A model generated the notes under the pieces. It was given only the letters and a program-made list of their open reading frames with translations, was not told the origin of the DNA and made no database searches. DNA of 56,737 nt, counting the filler, from Basidiobolus ranarum (lineage: Eukaryota), in NCBI GenBank assembly GCA_040143965.1. It is 5 parts of 5 records of this genome, joined end to end, with 100 filler letters (N's around TTAATTAATTAA, not from the genome) between each part and the next. Parts side by side here need not be neighbours in the genome. Positions count along the whole stretch, not along the records: positions 1 to 11,323 come from JASJQH010007499.1; positions 11,424 to 22,719 come from JASJQH010007500.1; 3 more parts are not named here. One strand, written 5' to 3'. The position numbers and the translations under genes were made by a program. Positions 11,074 to 22,819 of the stretch are shown here, in pieces. Numbering within the stretch: position 1 is the stretch's first letter; each line of letters starts with the position of its first letter.

Positions 11074-11323
11074 TTAAAGGAGCCCTTTCTTTTCCGGTTC
11101 AACTGCCCGTAGCTCTGCAACTCTGTCCTCTTTATAGGTATACTTGGTGGCCAAGAAGCAGAACACAGCGTTGGCGACAAGGCCTATACCACAGTAGAGG
11201 AAGTATTTGGGGGGTCCTTGCACTGAAGTACCTGCCAAAGCTTCTTCAACAGCTGTTACGATCAAGTTGCCAAGAGATACGGTGAGTAGCCAGAATGATG
11301 AAGAGGTTGACTTCATTTGACGA
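11074..11323 (-). CDS. POT/PTR2-family transporter, 3' part (truncated by the contig end)
   Basis: RQMKSTSSSFWLLTVSLGNLIVTAVEEALAGTSVQGPPKYFLYCGIGLVANAVFCFLATKYTYKEDR, matching the C-termini of the paralogs. Confidence 0.92.
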
Positions 11324-11423
11324 NNNNNNNNNNNNNNNNNNNNNNNNNNNNNNNNNNNNNNNNNNNNTTAATTAATTAANNNNNNNNNNNNNNNNNNNNN
11401 NNNNNNNNNNNNNNNNNNNNNNN
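11324..11423. other. Artificial contig-joining linker (N44-TTAATTAATTAA-N44)
   Basis: 100-bp spacer whose core has stops in all six frames. Identical copies at 22720, 34089 and 45427. Confidence 0.99.
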
Positions 11424-12353
11424 CATACCGAAAGCCATTATGTGCTCAGGTGCAGAATCAATTGAGTCCAATAAAGTAGGAATAAGATAATAAGAGATCG
11501 AGTCCGATAAGTTGGCTTTGTACAAATTCTCGACGATAGCCATAATTTCCTCAGAATCCAACTGACGCTGATACGAAATAAGAAAAAGGATGTGAGCGAG
11601 TTCCTTACGTTCGTCGGAAAACTTCTCTATTCTCTCTTTGGTACAGTCATCAGATAGAGTAGCAGCTTTTTGAGTGGTATTATTACCGCTCATAGTTCCA
11701 TGCTCTTTCAAAAGAGCAATGTTGTTCTTAAGACTTTCAATAGTTTCCAAAATCTTCTGAGCGTATGTGAGACTTGAAGAAGAATTTTGTTTTTTCACAG
11801 TTGAGAATATAAGTGAGGTTATATATTCTTCGAATAGAGTACGGACTTCTAAAGCAAGTGCCTCATCACAAGCACCTTTCATAATAAGATTAAGGCAGTT
11901 TAAAAGATAGATGCGCTCAGAATGATACAACAGAATGGCAGTCTCCGCAGCGGGTCGATCGAATCGAGAGCGAAGCTGCATTCCGAATTGTAGTAGTGTG
12001 GCAGCAAAATACTCATTCACATTTAATTCATCAGAAAGAATGATGGACTCATTGACAAACTGGTCGTTGACATTATGTATGACATTATTTATCAAAGGTT
12101 TTCCTACAGGGTAAAAGACGGTTATAAATTATTATTTTGAATGAATATGTGGGTAAAACAAACCTTTTTGCAAATTGCTTCTATGTTCGGAATTTTTGGG
12201 TAAATCATCAAGAAGATTGGTAAAATTTTGCTTGTAGTGATCTAAATCAACCTTAAGGTCATGGAGATTTGCCTCATTAGGTGTAGTATATATTTCACAG
12301 ATGAGATTGTGAAGGTTTTCAAAGGTGTCTGGCTTCCAATATGGCACCGCCAT
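11424..12353 (-). CDS. NUP192: Nucleoporin Nup192/Nup205, 5' part (exon 12353-12164, intron 12163-12104, exon 12103 to contig edge)
   Basis: PKNSEHRSNLQKG, VNDQFVNESIILSDELNVNEYFAATLL and AILLYHSERIYLLNCL resemble the Nup192/Nup205 N-terminus. A 60-nt GT-AG intron joins the exons in frame. Confidence 0.85.
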
Positions 12354-14600
12354 TATATTACCTTAGATACCAAAAAAGTGAGAGGGAATAAAAGTAAGCA
12401 AAGAAAGCGGCGTACGCGAAAGTTTCCTTTACCAAATCAATTCACGTAATTTTTGTCAGAACAATCATATATCACGTGCTATACACTCGAATCGTAAACA
12501 AAATAAAAAACGTCTCGGTTTTTTTCTTTTTTTCCTCTTCAAATTTGATATTGCAATTAATGAATGATGAGTCAACTTAATATTATGCAACAAACAGCCC
12601 ATAAGTCAAAAACAGCGGTCTCCTTTTTAAACACTCAAAGTTATGTGAATGCTTATTGGAAATAGACCCTGTTAAAGACCCTAGATCATATGACCTACCA
12701 GTAAGATGGAATACATGCTCGCATACTAATAATAGTAACTGATGATCTATCGAGCACTCAATCTGAAGCATGGCTTGTGGTTCATTTTTTACGTTGGGAC
12801 TAAGAAATACCTGAAAACCAAACGAACCTAGTCTCAACCACATTCCACCAAACCTTAAAATATCTTACCAAAGTATTTCTACTTTCCAGAAATGAGAAAC
12901 CGGTGTATGTTTGGCCAATGTAAAAGATACTAGGATGAGAAACAATATATTAGCCCGAAATTTACTTACAAAGTCAAGTTCTTATACTAAGCTGCTAACG
13001 GGTTTCAAGAATCTATTCTCCTCCCTTTCTAATTATTGCTACAGCAGTACCAACTGATAAACGACAAAACTGCGAGGTTTCTTGAAATTGTTGGAATCAA
13101 ACACAATTTTAAAAAAATGAACTTATTTGAGGAACGGCCTCCTTTGGCATAATACCACTATTCTATATTACATCTTTAGCTAAAGGAGATAGGTAGTATA
13201 GATAGCACTAAAAATTTGTTCACAAGTATAAACTGATACTTTACAAATACACATGTATATGTAATTCCATAACCTTTCTAAGTACTTAATAGCAATAATT
13301 CCAATATCACACAGTACCTCTTTCTCCGGGAACTACAAACAGATAAAAGATTGAAATCCCTAACCATCAAATATCCTTCCTTCAACCAACCTGCAACTTT
13401 CGAATACTTGTATTGAATCTTATTTCGAGCCGTTGAAAAGAGATTATTGAATGTGAATATCTTTTCTACCGTATGAAGAATGCATACCAGCGAACTCAAA
13501 CTGAGCAATCCTCAGAGTACTACAGTAAAGGTAAGGTGTCTAGTATATATCAGGTCAGTCATGCTGACAGGATTTATAATCAATGGCGCAGTTGCTTTCA
13601 TAGTTGTCACATCTGCCTCAATTTCAATGCACGTGGATGCAGTATAGTCACCAAATTACTCACGAGTATTGAAGAGCAAGGGATATTTGTTATTTTTTAA
13701 TTCATCAAGCAACTCTATACTATCGGATTCTAAAAGAAAAGGAAACATATTTCTAGCGAACGATAGTTGTACAATCCTCACACGATGAGGACCTATAGGC
13801 TGATGAGACATCGACTGTGACACGATCATGACTAACGAGCAATTGTTTGGGAAACCACTATGTAGTATAAGCTGACTTCCTTAGTCCAATCATCAATTGC
13901 CACCATACAATACTCTAGTTATGACGCTGTATCGATCCACTTTATTCAACCGAGATGAAATGGCATCTTTATATTTACACACACAAGGTTGTCAGCTAAT
14001 CAAACTAGGGGTGACACTTGAACAAAACTACTTCAGCAATGAGGATATATACAGTTACTATAGGTGAAGCCCAAGACATATATGGCTTAGCATGTTGAGA
14101 TTGTGTTTTTTTCAATGGCTCTTCCTTGACCAATTGAAGGGCTTGATTGGACATACAGCAGGCCTCAAGTGAATGGATTCTATACCTGATTTGTATTGAA
14201 TATTTTGCACCCGTTTACAGAGTTGTCAGACGAGTGGCACAGCAGCTCTGTTAATACTTGACAGTTACACCAACAAGATCAACTATAGGTTTGCCATCAA
14301 CGTTAGAAGTATACATCAAGATTGGATTTACCACTGAGAGTAGCTTAATCCTGGCTACTACTCCCAAGTACCCGAGTGCTCTGATGATTACCATTTGAAG
14401 GTTCTGTAGCAGCCTATCACTTGGCCAAATGTTATATAGTCCAAAGAATACTGTTTCAGATCCGGTTATCATCTATCTATGGATATCGCTCTTTCACCAG
14501 TTCTTTTTCCTAAACCTCCAAATCATTTAAAATAGCTTGGCTTCTGTATGAAATCATTCCATCTTCTCAGTGATTCATTTTGCAAACTCCACCTTGAAGG

Positions 14601-15533
14601 ATGTTGAATTACTCCGAGCTCCCTTTAGGCCAGTATTATGACCTGTTCATGTACTGGAAAACCCCAGTTATTACGGCATTGGTCTATGTTCTCGTAATCT
14701 CTTCTTTGAATCCAAAGGATTCTGGTGTATCTAGAGTGGTAGCCAAGAGCAACAAGCAGCCGGCCAAAACCTCTGCGAAGACAAGCTCACCCATTTTCAC
14801 AGCATTCATCGTATTTCACAATTTTGCTCTCTGCCTGTTTTCGGGAGTAACCTTCTACAACATGGGAGGGGCATGGCTGAATAATTTTCTCACTCGTGAC
14901 TTTAAAGACGCAGTAAGATTTTCTTTACCTCTAACATTGTATATCTTAGCCAATTGACTCATTCAATGGAAAGTTCTGTGATAGAGGTGGCAAAGTGTGG
15001 GAGTCGGACCTGTTTTTTTGGAGTTGGTTGTTTTATCTTTCGAAATACTATGAAATCATAGATACTATTATAATCTTGTCCAAAGGTATGTACATCTATG
15101 TTTGAAAGCCATGTCACTCGGAAAAGTATATTTACGGACTTTCCAACCACTAGGTCGTCGTTCCTCATTCCTTCAAACCTTCCACCACGCTGGCGCAATA
15201 ATAACTATGTGGTATGGTGTTCTCAATAACGCAACTCCCGTGTGGATCTTTGTTGTTTTCAACTCTTTCATCCATACCATCATGTATTTCTACTACATGT
15301 TGACATGTCTGGGGTATTCACCTCCTGGAAAGAAATACCTCACTACCATGCAGATTACCCAGTTTGTAATTGGAATCAGTATTGCCATCAGTTATCTCTT
15401 TGTTGATGATTGTCTGACTAGCACTGGCAGTCGCGTAGCTGTTTATTTAAATGCTAGTTATGTAATTCCATTAACTTTCTTGTTTAAGAATTTTGCCAAG
15501 AAAACCTACGGTGCAAAAAGCAAATCGTCATAG
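14601..15533 (+). CDS. GNS1/SUR4 (ELO) fatty acid elongase, 3 exons (14601-14912, 14974-15085, 15154-15533)
   Basis: HNFALCLFS, FYLSKYYEIIDT, LQTFHHAGA, NSFIHTIMYFYY, KKYLTTMQITQF and a lysine-rich C-terminus. GT-AG introns splice in frame. Confidence 0.93.
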
Positions 15534-15838
15534 TAGCTTGATTTGCATTGCATGTTTCCATGTTTCATTTGATATTAAATACATCTAATTACAACATATA
15601 CTATCCCACTTGTTACTGTGAAACATGGTTGTTTTATACCTATTTTATTGTAGCATATAGACAATGATGAATTTATGAGGTTTAGTCAAGCGACATAGAT
15701 GTTAAGAGAAAGAAGCAATTTCAGACTAGTGGAGGTATAAATGAGGGCAGGGTTCGAATCTCTGCAACGGTGTTTATGAATGGATATGATTTATTGATAG
15801 AGCTGGATGCGTGCATGAATGATGGATGGAGACTATGA

Positions 15839-16384
15839 TTATTTCTCCTTCTTTTCAGCAGGCTTTCTAGTACCATACTTGGATCTAGAGGTGGTTCTGT
15901 TGGGAACGCCTTGACAATCTAAAGCACCACGGATAACGTGATATTTCACACCTGGCAAATCTGGTACGGCACCACCACGAACTAAAACAACACTATGCTC
16001 TTGTAAGTTGTGGCCTTCACCAGGAATATATGCGATAACGGTTTTGCCGCTAGTAAGTCTGACACGGGCAACCTTACGTTGAGCAGAATTAGGCTTCTTA
16101 GGTTTGGTGGTATATACTTTGGTACATACACCCTTACGTTGTGGAGAGCTGTCTAAAGCAGGTGACTTTGATAACTTCTTCTTATGTTTACGACAACCAC
16201 GAATTACTTGGTTTAAGGTAGACATGGTAGAGACTTGGACGGGGTGCAAAAGGGAATTGAAAGGTTGACGATAACCTAATTCAACTTTGGAAGCAAGGTT
16301 GCTTTTCAACATGGAAGCAGAAGGAGTTAAAGAGCGACCGGTATGAACGGAAAGCCGAGTAAAATTTCTAACAAGACTAAACAT
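15839..16384 (-). CDS. MRPS12: Mitochondrial ribosomal protein S12 (uS12m)
   Basis: [35 protein letters not shown] and DLPGVKY. The Arg/Ser-rich, acid-poor N-terminal extension looks like a mitochondrial presequence. Confidence 0.97.
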   Translation of the reverse strand: MFSLVRNFTRLSVHTGRSLTPSASMLKSNLASKVELGYRQPFNSLLHPVQVSTMSTLNQVIRGCRKHKKKLSKSPALDSSPQRKGVCTKVYTTKPKKPNSAQRKVARVRLTSGKTVIAYIPGEGHNLQEHSVVLVRGGAVPDLPGVKYHVIRGALDCQGVPNRTTSRSKYGTRKPAEKKEK

Positions 16385-17302
16385 GATGAAATGGTCGTAG
16401 TTGGTTGTTTTCAGAGATTTCTAACTATTGCGACCTAGACTTTACCCCTTAAACTTGGTCGACAAAGTAACAAGAGCAGGTTGATATTTTTTGATGGTAA
16501 AAATTTCTTGAGCATTTCTCAGTTCTCTCATCGAAGTTCAAATTTTTTATCTGGGAGGAGCTAGTTGGATCAACCAATGAATGGGTCGATGATTAAATAG
16601 AGTATTGAGCACGATTTAACAATGATAGATTGATTTGGCAATCATGCGTTTATTAATGATCGAATTGATTTGCAAACAATCCTCATCTCTATTGGTACGA
16701 AGAGTACAGTTAAATACTAAGGAGATCTGGCAACTAGTTAGGAAGGTTCATCCTGAGGAATCGACGAGCTATTATCGACAGCAGGGCTTGGTCTTTTGCT
16801 ATCGTTAGATCGATTTTTAGGGATACCAATTGCCTGGACGTGGCCAAAAATTGAAACAATACAGAGAACGAAGATGTAGTTATTAAGGAGCATTGGGTAT
16901 CTTGGTTTGTCTATGTTAGTTGATTTTCTTGCTTATATATTTAGTTAAGTCCAGGCTCATGCGCACAGCAAGTGGCAATCTGCCAGTGGTATCTAAATGG
17001 AGGTTTCCCCTGCCTGAATAATAATCCAAAATGTACTTATTGTTCCGCACAATAAGAATGGAAACGGAGATATAACGGTAAACTGCCATAATCCAAGCGC
17101 TATGTACCTGATTTTCATCTAATGCAATATGATGCTATGCAATGCAGAGGTTTACGGGGACAAACAAACAGAGAGCAGACTCAGAGTTCAATAAATTGCC
17201 TTCTTTCGTAGAAACAAAATTTTATCTGGGGTTGTTTCATTCAGCGATAGATAAAGTTCTTATCGTTTCCCACTAACTCTATTCCCCAATTCACCTAATC
17301 TA

Positions 17303-18628
17303 ATGAATAATCCGCCACATATAGCGAAGGGGTTGGATCCATCTAACTTCGAGCACAAAGGGATCCAACAGACTAGTGTAGAGATAAAGCAAGAGGCAGG
17401 CGCACCGGAGTTGGCTTCTAATGCTCCCAAGAGATCCAATCGTTTGGTTTCTTTGGACGTTTGTCGTGGATTTACCATCATCTTCATGATACTAGTTAAC
17501 TACCAGACAGAACCGTTTCCGATCTTAGAACACCCTGAATGGTCTGGCTTTACTTTAGCTGATGCAATCTTTCCTAATTTCGTTTTCATAATGGGATTGG
17601 CCATTCCTTTGGCAATGGCTGCCAATCGTGGTCAACTTCAAGGAAAGCAATTGTGGATCAAGGTGTTGAAACGGTTCGTATTAATATTTTTGATCGGTTT
17701 GTGGGTAAATCTCTTTCCATTCAGTGCGCCAGATTTCCCCAGAGTGTTAAGAATTCCAGGGGTACTTCAAAGGCTAGCTATATGTTACTTTGTATTGACT
17801 ATACTCTATATCACCTGCTATCAAGAGAAGAATCGCTTTCAATATCTTTACTTAAGGTTTGGCTTTCCGCTAAGCGCCTTGCTGTTATGGCTAGGACTAA
17901 CGTACGGAGTAAATGTCCCAGGAGAGGGCTGCGGTCGAGGAGTTCTAACCCTCGAATGCTCTGCACAAAGTTATTTGGATTCCAACATTTTCGGGCGTTC
18001 TCATACATACCAGAATTTGCCATACGACCCGGAGGGCAGTCTGTCCACGGTTACGGCTTGTATCAGTTGCTGGATAGGAATGATGGTTGGAATTGATGTA
18101 GTAAAACACCGAAATGAGTTTGCCGAAAAGCAGTTTAGATACAAAAGAGTGTGCCATTACAGTATGATCGCATTAATAGGAATATTACTTGCCATTTTCA
18201 TCAATACCGGAATACCCATTTCTAAGCCACTATGGACACCTACTTTCGTTCTACTTGCTGGTGGCGTCTCGATACTTTTACTAGCAATCTTCATGTTCTT
18301 GATAGATATTCTGGATTTGCTTCAGTCCCCAATCAAACCCGTAGCAAAACTCTTTGAGATGTTCGTGGTGGTAGGGAAGAATCCATTGTTTTTATATGTA
18401 CTGTCGGAGAACCTTGCAAGTATACTCTTTGCTATACCAGTTCACTTTAGTGGACGCCATAGTACAAACGGAATGTCCAACCTATTCAATGTGATATATA
18501 GCGTGGTGTTTGCCTCTTGGCTACCAGCTCACCTCGCTAGTTTAGTATGGTCACTGGTATGGGCTCTCCTTGTATATGTACCAATTGCATACTTAATGGA
18601 CTACAAGAAATGGTATGTAAAACTATAA
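17303..18628 (+). CDS. HGSNAT/NagX-like membrane N-acetyltransferase
   Basis: 441-aa intronless multi-TM ORF with RLVSLDVCRG...MILVN, LEHPEWSG...ADAIFPNFVFIMG, RIPGVLQRLA, DPEG, PISKPLWTPTFVL and GKNPLFLY, characteristic of the heparan-alpha-glucosaminide N-acetyltransferase family. Confidence 0.9.
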   Translation: MNNPPHIAKGLDPSNFEHKGIQQTSVEIKQEAGAPELASNAPKRSNRLVSLDVCRGFTIIFMILVNYQTEPFPILEHPEWSGFTLADAIFPNFVFIMGLAIPLAMAANRGQLQGKQLWIKVLKRFVLIFLIGLWVNLFPFSAPDFPRVLRIPGVLQRLAICYFVLTILYITCYQEKNRFQYLYLRFGFPLSALLLWLGLTYGVNVPGEGCGRGVLTLECSAQSYLDSNIFGRSHTYQNLPYDPEGSLSTVTACISCWIGMMVGIDVVKHRNEFAEKQFRYKRVCHYSMIALIGILLAIFINTGIPISKPLWTPTFVLLAGGVSILLLAIFMFLIDILDLLQSPIKPVAKLFEMFVVVGKNPLFLYVLSENLASILFAIPVHFSGRHSTNGMSNLFNVIYSVVFASWLPAHLASLVWSLVWALLVYVPIAYLMDYKKWYVKL

Positions 18629-19170
18629 AGCTAGATAACAGCTCCGTCGGTACAACCCAATAGAATTACCACCTCATTAATATCTACAATGATTTACCCT
18701 ATCACATACAGAGTACTATCTCCTCATCATTGATCTTCACATTTAATCCACAAAATAAATCCCCTTTGAATTCGTGCATTTGGCTATCGTAACTTGCAGA
18801 GAAAGAGATCCTTCATCACTATGGTTATAATAGAGATAGGCCATGATTGCTTTATTTACATTTTATTACATCGTTTGAACGGGCTGCTTTCCTATACTTT
18901 CAAATGTTGCGTATATGCCCAGGTACCAGACTGCTTAAATCGATGTAATAAAAAATGAGTATGCTGTACTCCTATTGTATGAAGTGAGGAGAAGTAGTAA
19001 TTAAGTAGGTGCTAGAAAGCACTGGCAAAGTTGGTCTGTATTATTACCCCTTGATAGTTGAATATAGCGTGAAATAAGATCGACTGGAACCATTGCACTT
19101 GATGGTGTGCGAAATGAGGGGATCGTGTGAAATAAGCACTGAATACTAGACTCCTATTCGTTGTAGATCA

Positions 19171-20244
19171 CTACTGATCAAGTATCTCTTCATGTTGGAG
19201 ATATTTCCTTGGGTTTTGATTATTGATGGGATTAATACGGATTAGTGAGGTAGAATGATTAGAAGGAAGTCTTAAACCAGATTCTAGCGCATTCATTTCA
19301 TGGTGTCGCTTTTCGGCCATACGTTTAAGCAAGTACACCCAACAGGCGGTTTCCATATCTGTTTGTGCTCGAAGAATGTATTTACGTTCAGATGTATAAA
19401 TAACAAAACATCTTTTAACTTTGTAACCATTGCGTGCCAAGAGAGTAACGGCCAAGATATCACTTAAAGGTATAATCCATTTAGGTGGTTGATAAAACTC
19501 CACATATTGACCAGGACGTATGCTATCCTCGATTGGAGAAGCAGTTGCAACTAAAGGATGAGATATATGAGGCAAAGGAGGGTTAGTTGGGTAAAAGAGT
19601 TCACGTAATTCCGGATCTCTAGTTTGAAGGTCATCTGGAGTCGAATATTTTGCCAAGATAATTGTTTTCGGTTGAACCTTGACTTTCTTCTTTTCCAAAC
19701 ACACCAACATGAAACCGTCAGTACGAAATTCGCGCTTTTGCCACTGACGATTGCTTCCCAATTTATAAAGAAATCCTTTAAATATAGGACTGTCGTCGGG
19801 CTTGAAGGGTTGAATTCTCGATTTGGGACTGGCGAGTGTGGCGTTCTTATGATGGGGTATTGTATAGGGAATATACATATTAACATAGACACTCTCATTG
19901 CTTGGAGCGTATCCATCTGATGAGTGATTGAGAGATTCGGTTTGGATACTTTCACTATCTGTGCTCTCGCCATACCGATAGGTTTCTTCCAATTCGGGAG
20001 AGCGCCGAACACTCTTTTCCTCTTGATCCATAGACTGTTCATATATCTCAATTTGTTCTTCGGGACATGTTGTATTCTGTAAAATCCTATTACCATGTGT
20101 AGCAGCTCGATGCCTACTTACTCTCTTGAGTTCATTAATCTCATTTAACATTGAAAGTCTCTCTTTACTCAATATTAAATGCAAGTGTTGAAGGGACGAC
20201 ACACGTTGAGGATACGAAGCAAAGGATGAATTGGTTATATCCAT
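19171..20244 (-). CDS. PH-domain-containing protein (PH domain split by an insertion)
   Basis: 357-aa ORF with FKGFLYKLGSNRQWQKREF (PH beta1-2) and CFVIYTSERKYILRAQTDMETACWVYLL (PH beta6-7 plus the Trp helix). Confidence 0.75.
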   Translation of the reverse strand: MDITNSSFASYPQRVSSLQHLHLILSKERLSMLNEINELKRVSRHRAATHGNRILQNTTCPEEQIEIYEQSMDQEEKSVRRSPELEETYRYGESTDSESIQTESLNHSSDGYAPSNESVYVNMYIPYTIPHHKNATLASPKSRIQPFKPDDSPIFKGFLYKLGSNRQWQKREFRTDGFMLVCLEKKKVKVQPKTIILAKYSTPDDLQTRDPELRELFYPTNPPLPHISHPLVATASPIEDSIRPGQYVEFYQPPKWIIPLSDILAVTLLARNGYKVKRCFVIYTSERKYILRAQTDMETACWVYLLKRMAEKRHHEMNALESGLRLPSNHSTSLIRINPINNQNPRKYLQHEEILDQ

Positions 20245-21973
20245 ATCTCTTATTAGATCAGAATTCCCAAATGGATGCGTTGTTTTTCACCGGAATTTCG
20301 ATGCTATTTATTGAGGTCGAGGATATTTCAAAGAGGGTGATTGAGGAGAGTATTATGACTACGGGATGTGACATGCGATCTTTATATCATTCAGCTGAGA
20401 GCGATAGGATGTCTATAAAAAACCAAATGTAGGAGTAAAAGGGGAAGGGGTGCTTCATCTCGACCTAACGTGAAGAGTAATGATGTGTGATTAATCAGAA
20501 TTCATTGACTCCCGAGCGAGTTCCCTCTACTACACCATCGTGATGTTAGAACGCTTTTGTTTCAAATTTGTTGTTGGATATGTGAGCCTTAGGCTTGCAG
20601 GCAATCCACAATATTAACGATATGTGTAGTAGAAGTAAGAGATGGTAGTGTATCTGCTTCTTCCTATACACAGAGTTATTGTATATCAACCTAAATCTAT
20701 TCATTTTAAACGATCCATAATCACTTGGCCTTAGTTATACATGGGACAAGTATTACTTTTCCTAAGCATCACGTAAATTAACAACTCTAGTCTGTGATAA
20801 CTTGAAAGTAATTGATAAAATAACAGTAGAATATTCACTAGAGGTTGTATGTTTAACCTAATCGATTAGGGTTGTGTTCATGCTCTCATTTCCTACTTTA
20901 CAAACAAGGGATTCAAAATACACAAACTCTCTTATAGCCTGATGAGGTCTTCAATCGAAACAGTCGGCCGGATAACTGTCAAATGTAAAACCACCATCTC
21001 AAACTTTCTATACTATGTAATAGATGGCGTTCACTATCAACAAGAGAATCCCGAAGCAACTCACAAAATGCTCAATTTGTTTTTAAAATTTTCATTATTC
21101 AGCTACAACAGAAATAAACCTAATTAAAACTAAGTACTGCAGTTCTATAATATAATAGGCATTTCTTTATCGGTATCTTCCCTTTTTACAGACTTATTTA
21201 TAAATCGCAAGAGTCATTTCGTTTTCTTTACGAACAATGATTGTACTAAAAATACGAAAGGTTAATTTTAATATGTCCAAAAGTAAATTCAGACGAGAAA
21301 AATTGAACTTACTGTTCTTGAGACTCAATACTGACGCTTATAGCTGGGGCATCATTTTCTTGTGTTAGCATCAAATCCTGAGCCCGATTAGCAATTGAAG
21401 AGATGAAACCTGAGGCACTGGGTGGAGCTATTCCCTTAGCTAAAATATATGAGAGGAACTTAACTTAGTCAAGGTACAAACAAAACTCTTCTGGCATTAC
21501 TTACAGGCTAAACATAAGCCATTCTGGTCAGCTAACAATACACCTTTAACACCTTCTTTGTTCATGCTAAAGTACACATGGAAGAAGTGTTAATAAGAGT
21601 TATCTTACAGAAAATATATAAACCTAGGCTACGAACACATTGTTTAAAATGGTTTCAAGGTTGGTTTCCATCTTTTGAATTGATAGTGGTTTACTGATGA
21701 GTGAGAGTGCTGGAGGCACTGTGCGCACTAATTCAACTCGATCTTGTGAACTCGAAATCAATTTGTTTCTTCCCTGATTCAGTATTCGATTATTTAAATC
21801 CAATCAAGTATTAGGAAGAAATTGGATATATGGCTTAACTTTATTAAATCAGGTGATCAGGTGTTACATTAAAAGAGCAATAGGAAAAGCGAGAACTAGG
21901 AGACCAGGGAAAAGCAAGGGAAGTCGGTGAACGAATAAAACAGAAATAAGAGGATAAAAAGTCCATGAAAAGA

Positions 21974-22719
<746 letters not shown>

Positions 22720-22819
22720 NNNNNNNNNNNNNNNNNNNNNNNNNNNNNNNNNNNNNNNNNNNNTTAATTAATTAANNNNNNNNNNNNNNNNNNNNNNNNN
22801 NNNNNNNNNNNNNNNNNNN
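22720..22819. other. Artificial contig-joining linker
   Basis: N44-TTAATTAATTAA-N44. Confidence 0.99.

Noticed and set aside
11368-11379. Recurring TTAATTAATTAA at about 11.3-kb spacing
   Set aside because: Synthetic linker, not a biological repeat or CRISPR-like array.
13795-13865. CTGATGA...GAAAC resembling a hammerhead ribozyme core
   Set aside because: No stem II closing pair (GG, not C, precedes GAAA) and no convincing stems I and III.
12480-14590. Long gene-free stretches with short ORFs (also 45527-47400 and 40900-42700)
   Set aside because: I could not recognise any motif, repeat or splice-consistent gene model. Decayed elements cannot be excluded without a search.
15720-15775. GCAGGGTTCGAATCTCTGC, a tRNA T-arm/B-box-like hairpin
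   Set aside because: No acceptor stem or anticodon arm at the right spacing. It lies just downstream of MRPS12 and is probably chance.
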